A stretch of 51,518 nt of DNA, filler included, from Dirinaria sp. TL-2023a (Eukaryota): NCBI GenBank assembly GCA_051941275.1. It is 3 parts of 3 records of this genome, joined end to end, with 100 filler letters (N's around TTAATTAATTAA, not from the genome) between each part and the next. Parts side by side here need not be neighbours in the genome. Positions count along the whole stretch, not along the records: positions 34,444 to 51,518 come from JAVEBF010000455.1; 2 more parts are not named here. One strand, given 5' to 3'. This document shows, one piece after another, positions 47,830 to 51,518 of this stretch. The translations under genes and the position numbers were made by a program. The notes under the pieces were generated by a model. The model worked only from the letters and a program-made list of their open reading frames with translations, made no database searches and was not told where the DNA came from. Each line of letters starts with the position of its first letter. The first letter of the stretch is position 1.

Positions 47830-48886
47830 TTACTTCTCCGTCTCTTCGCGTCCGTCGTGACTATCATTTCCGCCATCGCCTATTCTGCCGGTCTCCTTCG
47901 CCACCGCTTCCTCTGCGCTCCGTGTCTCCGATGTCGCTGCCGCCTGTAAACCCCTGACTCGCTGTGCCAAGTCCTTCACGTGCTCGTCTCGACTGTCCTC
48001 CGTAAGCTCCTCCAGCGCACTCTCAAGCATAAACAGATATTCAGTGTTTTCGCCGCTCGGACCGCGGCTGCGTTGAATCACATCAGCAACATCCTGCGCG
48101 TATTGAACTCCGAGGAATTGGGGATTGGTGGGAAGTCCAATATAGACGGTGCAGTTCTCGATTTTCGAGCTTTGAAAGCCCGGTTTCGTCGGCGAAGGGG
48201 AGGGTGAAGGATAGAAATCCGTGTACTGTATGCTGTACCCATTGATTTCCCGGATGTCGAGGTAGGCGGTTACTTCGGCGACGTGTTGAGGCGGGATGCG
48301 GTAGGCAGCGCCGTACACGGGCAGAGGCGGTAGATTGTGCTATTGATCATCTGTTCGTAAGACCATGGAACTCGGGAGTATTATGGGAAAAGAATTTGAA
48401 GCAGTCACCTCGCCTACGAGCTGTTCGTAGCATGCTTGCTCGATCAAGGTGACCACCCTGCCCGGTGCTTCCGGTGTACCGCGATGGTCCTCACTGGAAA
48501 AAAATCTCTAAGTTCGCATATGCCTTCAGAATGGAGCTTGAGGTATTATTGACCTTGCTTGCCAGAAGCGACGGACATAGCCTTTTATGTAGCCCGGGAT
48601 GCGAAGGTCTGATCTTTTGCCATGGACCGGTTAGAAAAGGGAGAATTGAGCATTCGATATCAAATGGAAAAAGCGAAGATTCGAGACAGAATTGATAATT
48701 CTCAAGCCATTGAAGAAAGTGTAAGAGAGGCCTACCAAAATGAATGGGCGGTTTCCATATCAGACTTCTAATTTACTATCAGCCCTCAACCGCTATGTCC
48801 AAATATTTCTACAATTTCGCTGACCCATAACCAAACAGCCAGAACTCTTCGCGCGGACTCGGTGCATTGGCAGGCGATTGCACCAT
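47830..48886 (-). CDS. ChaC-family glutathione-specific gamma-glutamylcyclotransferase, ~247 aa
   Basis: Exons 48886-48825, 48767-48736, 48608-48554, 48493-48409, 48339-47830. [58 protein letters not shown]. Confidence 0.9.
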
Positions 48887-49545
48887 GTTTGACCTGCATA
48901 CTACTACTACTACGACTATACAGGACAGGTTCGCTGGAGTTTGCTGGAATTTGCTGGACAGGATTTCGTGATATCCGGATTTTGAAGGGCTCGGGTGTCG
49001 CGAATGTTTCCAGCGGCTATCAGAGAAGAACAGTAGAGCCCGAGCCAGCTACTAAGGTGACCTAAGCTGCTAACCAACCTTCTTTAACCACTACTGGATG
49101 ATGCTAACATGCGTACCTGGGCTTAGTCATAGCAAGCTTTTCGGGCCTCGGCGCCGATACCAAAGTCCTCAGCGCCTCATTCGTCACGCTGGCGAGACTA
49201 ACAGAGGCCAGAGCATGCCTCGAGCATGTCTCTCCTCGTCGGCACTAAAGGAACGCAACAAACGTCGTCCTTGAGACTTCGCGCAAACCTTACACCTGTG
49301 CATGCCCACCAATACGTCAATGAAGTCTACCTCTGGCATTCGGACTGAGGAACAGACTCCGATCTCACGTGGAATGACAATGGACGGGACCATAAGAGTC
49401 GGAGCGTCGCTCCAAGGAATACAGCATGCTCTGAAGCAAAGACTAGATCCTAAGTCAATTCCTACCTGAGTACCCCAGATTCTTCAATTGCCAGATAGCG
49501 TCCTCGTAACACAAGTTACTTTGCAAACAAGTTCACCCCACCACA

Positions 49546-50466
49546 ATGGCATCCACTTCTCGTCTTGACGGCAAAGTTGCCCTTGTCACCGGCTCCGGTC
49601 GGGGTATGGGACGGCAGAATGCTCTGGAGCTCGCCAGCCGCGGTGCATCTCTGGTGATCAATTACGCCAAAAGCGCGGGCGCGGCCGAGAAAGTCGTGTC
49701 CGAGATCCAAGGCAAGGGTGGGAAAGCAGTCGCCATCAAGGCGGACGTGTCTCAGCCTGCGGAGATTGTGGCCCTGTTCGACGCGGCCAAGAAACATTAC
49801 GGTCATATTGACATTGTGGTTTCCAACTCCGGCGTCGAGTCCTTTGGCCATATTTCAGAGATCACGCCGGCGGAGTTCGATCGCGTCTTCACCGTCAATA
49901 CGCGCGGTCAGTTGCTGGTGGCCCAGCAAGCTTATAAGCACCTCACTGTAGGAGGCCGCCTGGTGATGCTCAGTAGTATCAGCGCTTCCGCCCGCGGGGT
50001 CAAGGACCACGCCATCTATTCAGGGAGCAAGAATGCTGTGGAAGCTTTTGCGCGCTGCCTCGCTGTCGGTATGTTTCTCTTGTGCCTTAATGAACTGAAA
50101 GAACGGCTGCTGACGCTGTTGTACCACAAGACTTCGGTGACAAGCGGATCACGGTCAATGCCATTGCCCCTGGCGGTATCAAGACCGATATGTGGGTCGA
50201 GGCTGCCCGCAAGTATATCCCTGGCGCTGAAAACTTCTCCGACGAGAAGGTTGACGAAGTAAGCTATTTCGCCTCTGAAATAAATAGGAGTCGTTTGTTC
50301 GAGGATGCTGATAGAAGTTTTGTCACAGATCGCGTCAACTTGGAGCCCTCTCAATCGTCCTGGCTTCCCGGAAGATATCGCCCGTGTCGTTGCCTTTCTC
50401 TGCAGCGAAGACGGAGGCTGGGTCAACGGTCAAGTCCTCCAGCTCGGAGGCGGTGCTGCTTTGTAA
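49546..50466 (+). CDS. Short-chain dehydrogenase/reductase of the hydroxynaphthalene reductase / versicolorin reductase family, ~262 aa
   Basis: Exons 49546-50068, 50131-50258, 50329-50466. [39 protein letters not shown], catalytic [43 protein letters not shown]. Confidence 0.9.
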
Positions 50467-51518
50467 GAGTCGTGGCCAGTAAAATGCAAATTGCCGCCAT
50501 CGCTTTGCAAGGCGATAGAATTACGAGGGCAAAAGGATCCATTCCTTTTGTATTACGACCTTCTTGCAAGTTTTTCCCACGAAATTGGCATTTCTCGATC
50601 ATCGCCATATCTAGCACGCGTTAACTGAAGTCACTCCTTTTTTTTTTTTCTTTGAGACGATCTCGAGTTCATAGAACTATAGAGAAATAGGTATATAACC
50701 ACCAGAAACTTTGCCCTCGAGAAGGTCCCTATCTTTTAAAAAAACAATAAAACCCCCTTTGAATAAATTTCACCATATTGGGGCTTTTGGCCAATTTAAC
50801 AAGTCAAGGATTACGACCTCTTGCAGAATGGACGCAAAAAACTCCTTCCGCCGACATCAGAAATCGGAGATAGTCCAATTGTCCCATCCTCTTCCAAATC
50901 TCCAAATTCCCTCTTTACAAAAAAGACAGAAGAAATGGAAAAAGAAAAAACGCGCCTCCACTTCTGTTTTTCCCCCCCTCCCATAATCCACACACACCTC
51001 CTTATAACCTTATCCATCATACTCTCTTCATAACTTCGATATCCCTCATCCTTCCATCTATCTATATACTCACACCTCATATGGCGGGTTTTCACTCTCC
51101 TATTCTCCATCTTCCCCCTCCTTTTCTAAAAAAAATCTCTATCTTCGAAAGAAAAACCTTCAATGTAAATGTCATCATACTGGGGGCTTTGGGGCCAATA
51201 TCACTGCGATTTCCGTGCAGAGTAACGTAATATCCCGCTTCGCTTCTATTACAACAACAACAACAAAAAAAAAAGGGGGGGATTAGACAGGGTCAATGTG
51301 AACATGCAATTTAAATCTGTGAACCTTCTTTCTACCTCCCGCAAGCGATCCATGCATACTTCCATACACCTCCCTCTTTAATCGTAAATATCGATCTATC
51401 TATCTATGCCTCGAGAGCTGTCTCTCCATCATTTATAATAATGCCAGCACGATCTACATATCAGTCCACAATCCATACATATACAGGTCACTCTCCCTTC
51501 TTTCGTCCTTCATTTAGG

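Noticed and set aside
49149..49157. CGGCGCCGA inverted CGG pair as an AflR-type site for the SDR
   Set aside because: The spacing (TCG-N4-CGA) does not match TCG-N5-CGA, and one short GC-rich match is not significant.

Overview
Eukaryotic, intron-rich genomic DNA from a filamentous ascomycete (Pezizomycotina; inferred from short GT..CTAAC/CTGAC..YAG introns and gene content). Three contigs are joined by two artificial 100-nt linkers (N44-TTAATTAATTAA-N44). I reconstructed about 16 genes by hand-splicing: a MOSC-less molybdenum-cofactor-sulfurase-like PLP enzyme, a small Cys-rich protein, CPS1/DIP2, DRS1 (truncated by a gap), PSF3 (5' fragment), CDC24, an FWD1-type F-box/WD40, RFT1, a C2H2+Zn2Cys6 transcription factor, a linalool dehydratase/isomerase-like gene (truncated), OPA3-like, Polo kinase, Atg14-family, VPS53, a glycine-rich RRM protein, ChaC and a hydroxynaphthalene-reductase-like SDR. 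No rRNA, tRNA or CRISPR was seen. The most striking observation is a 912-nt intron in the CDC24 PH domain that is a multiple of 3, stop-free and in frame with both flanking exons (a candidate exitron or alternative isoform). Also notable are a TF plus LinD-like accessory gene pair, a Moco-sulfurase-like protein with a C2H2-like finger in place of MOSC, a decayed ~60-bp inverted-repeat element, two GC-AG introns and an 11-aa internal duplication in CPS1. Family assignments come from remembered motifs; no database searches were run.
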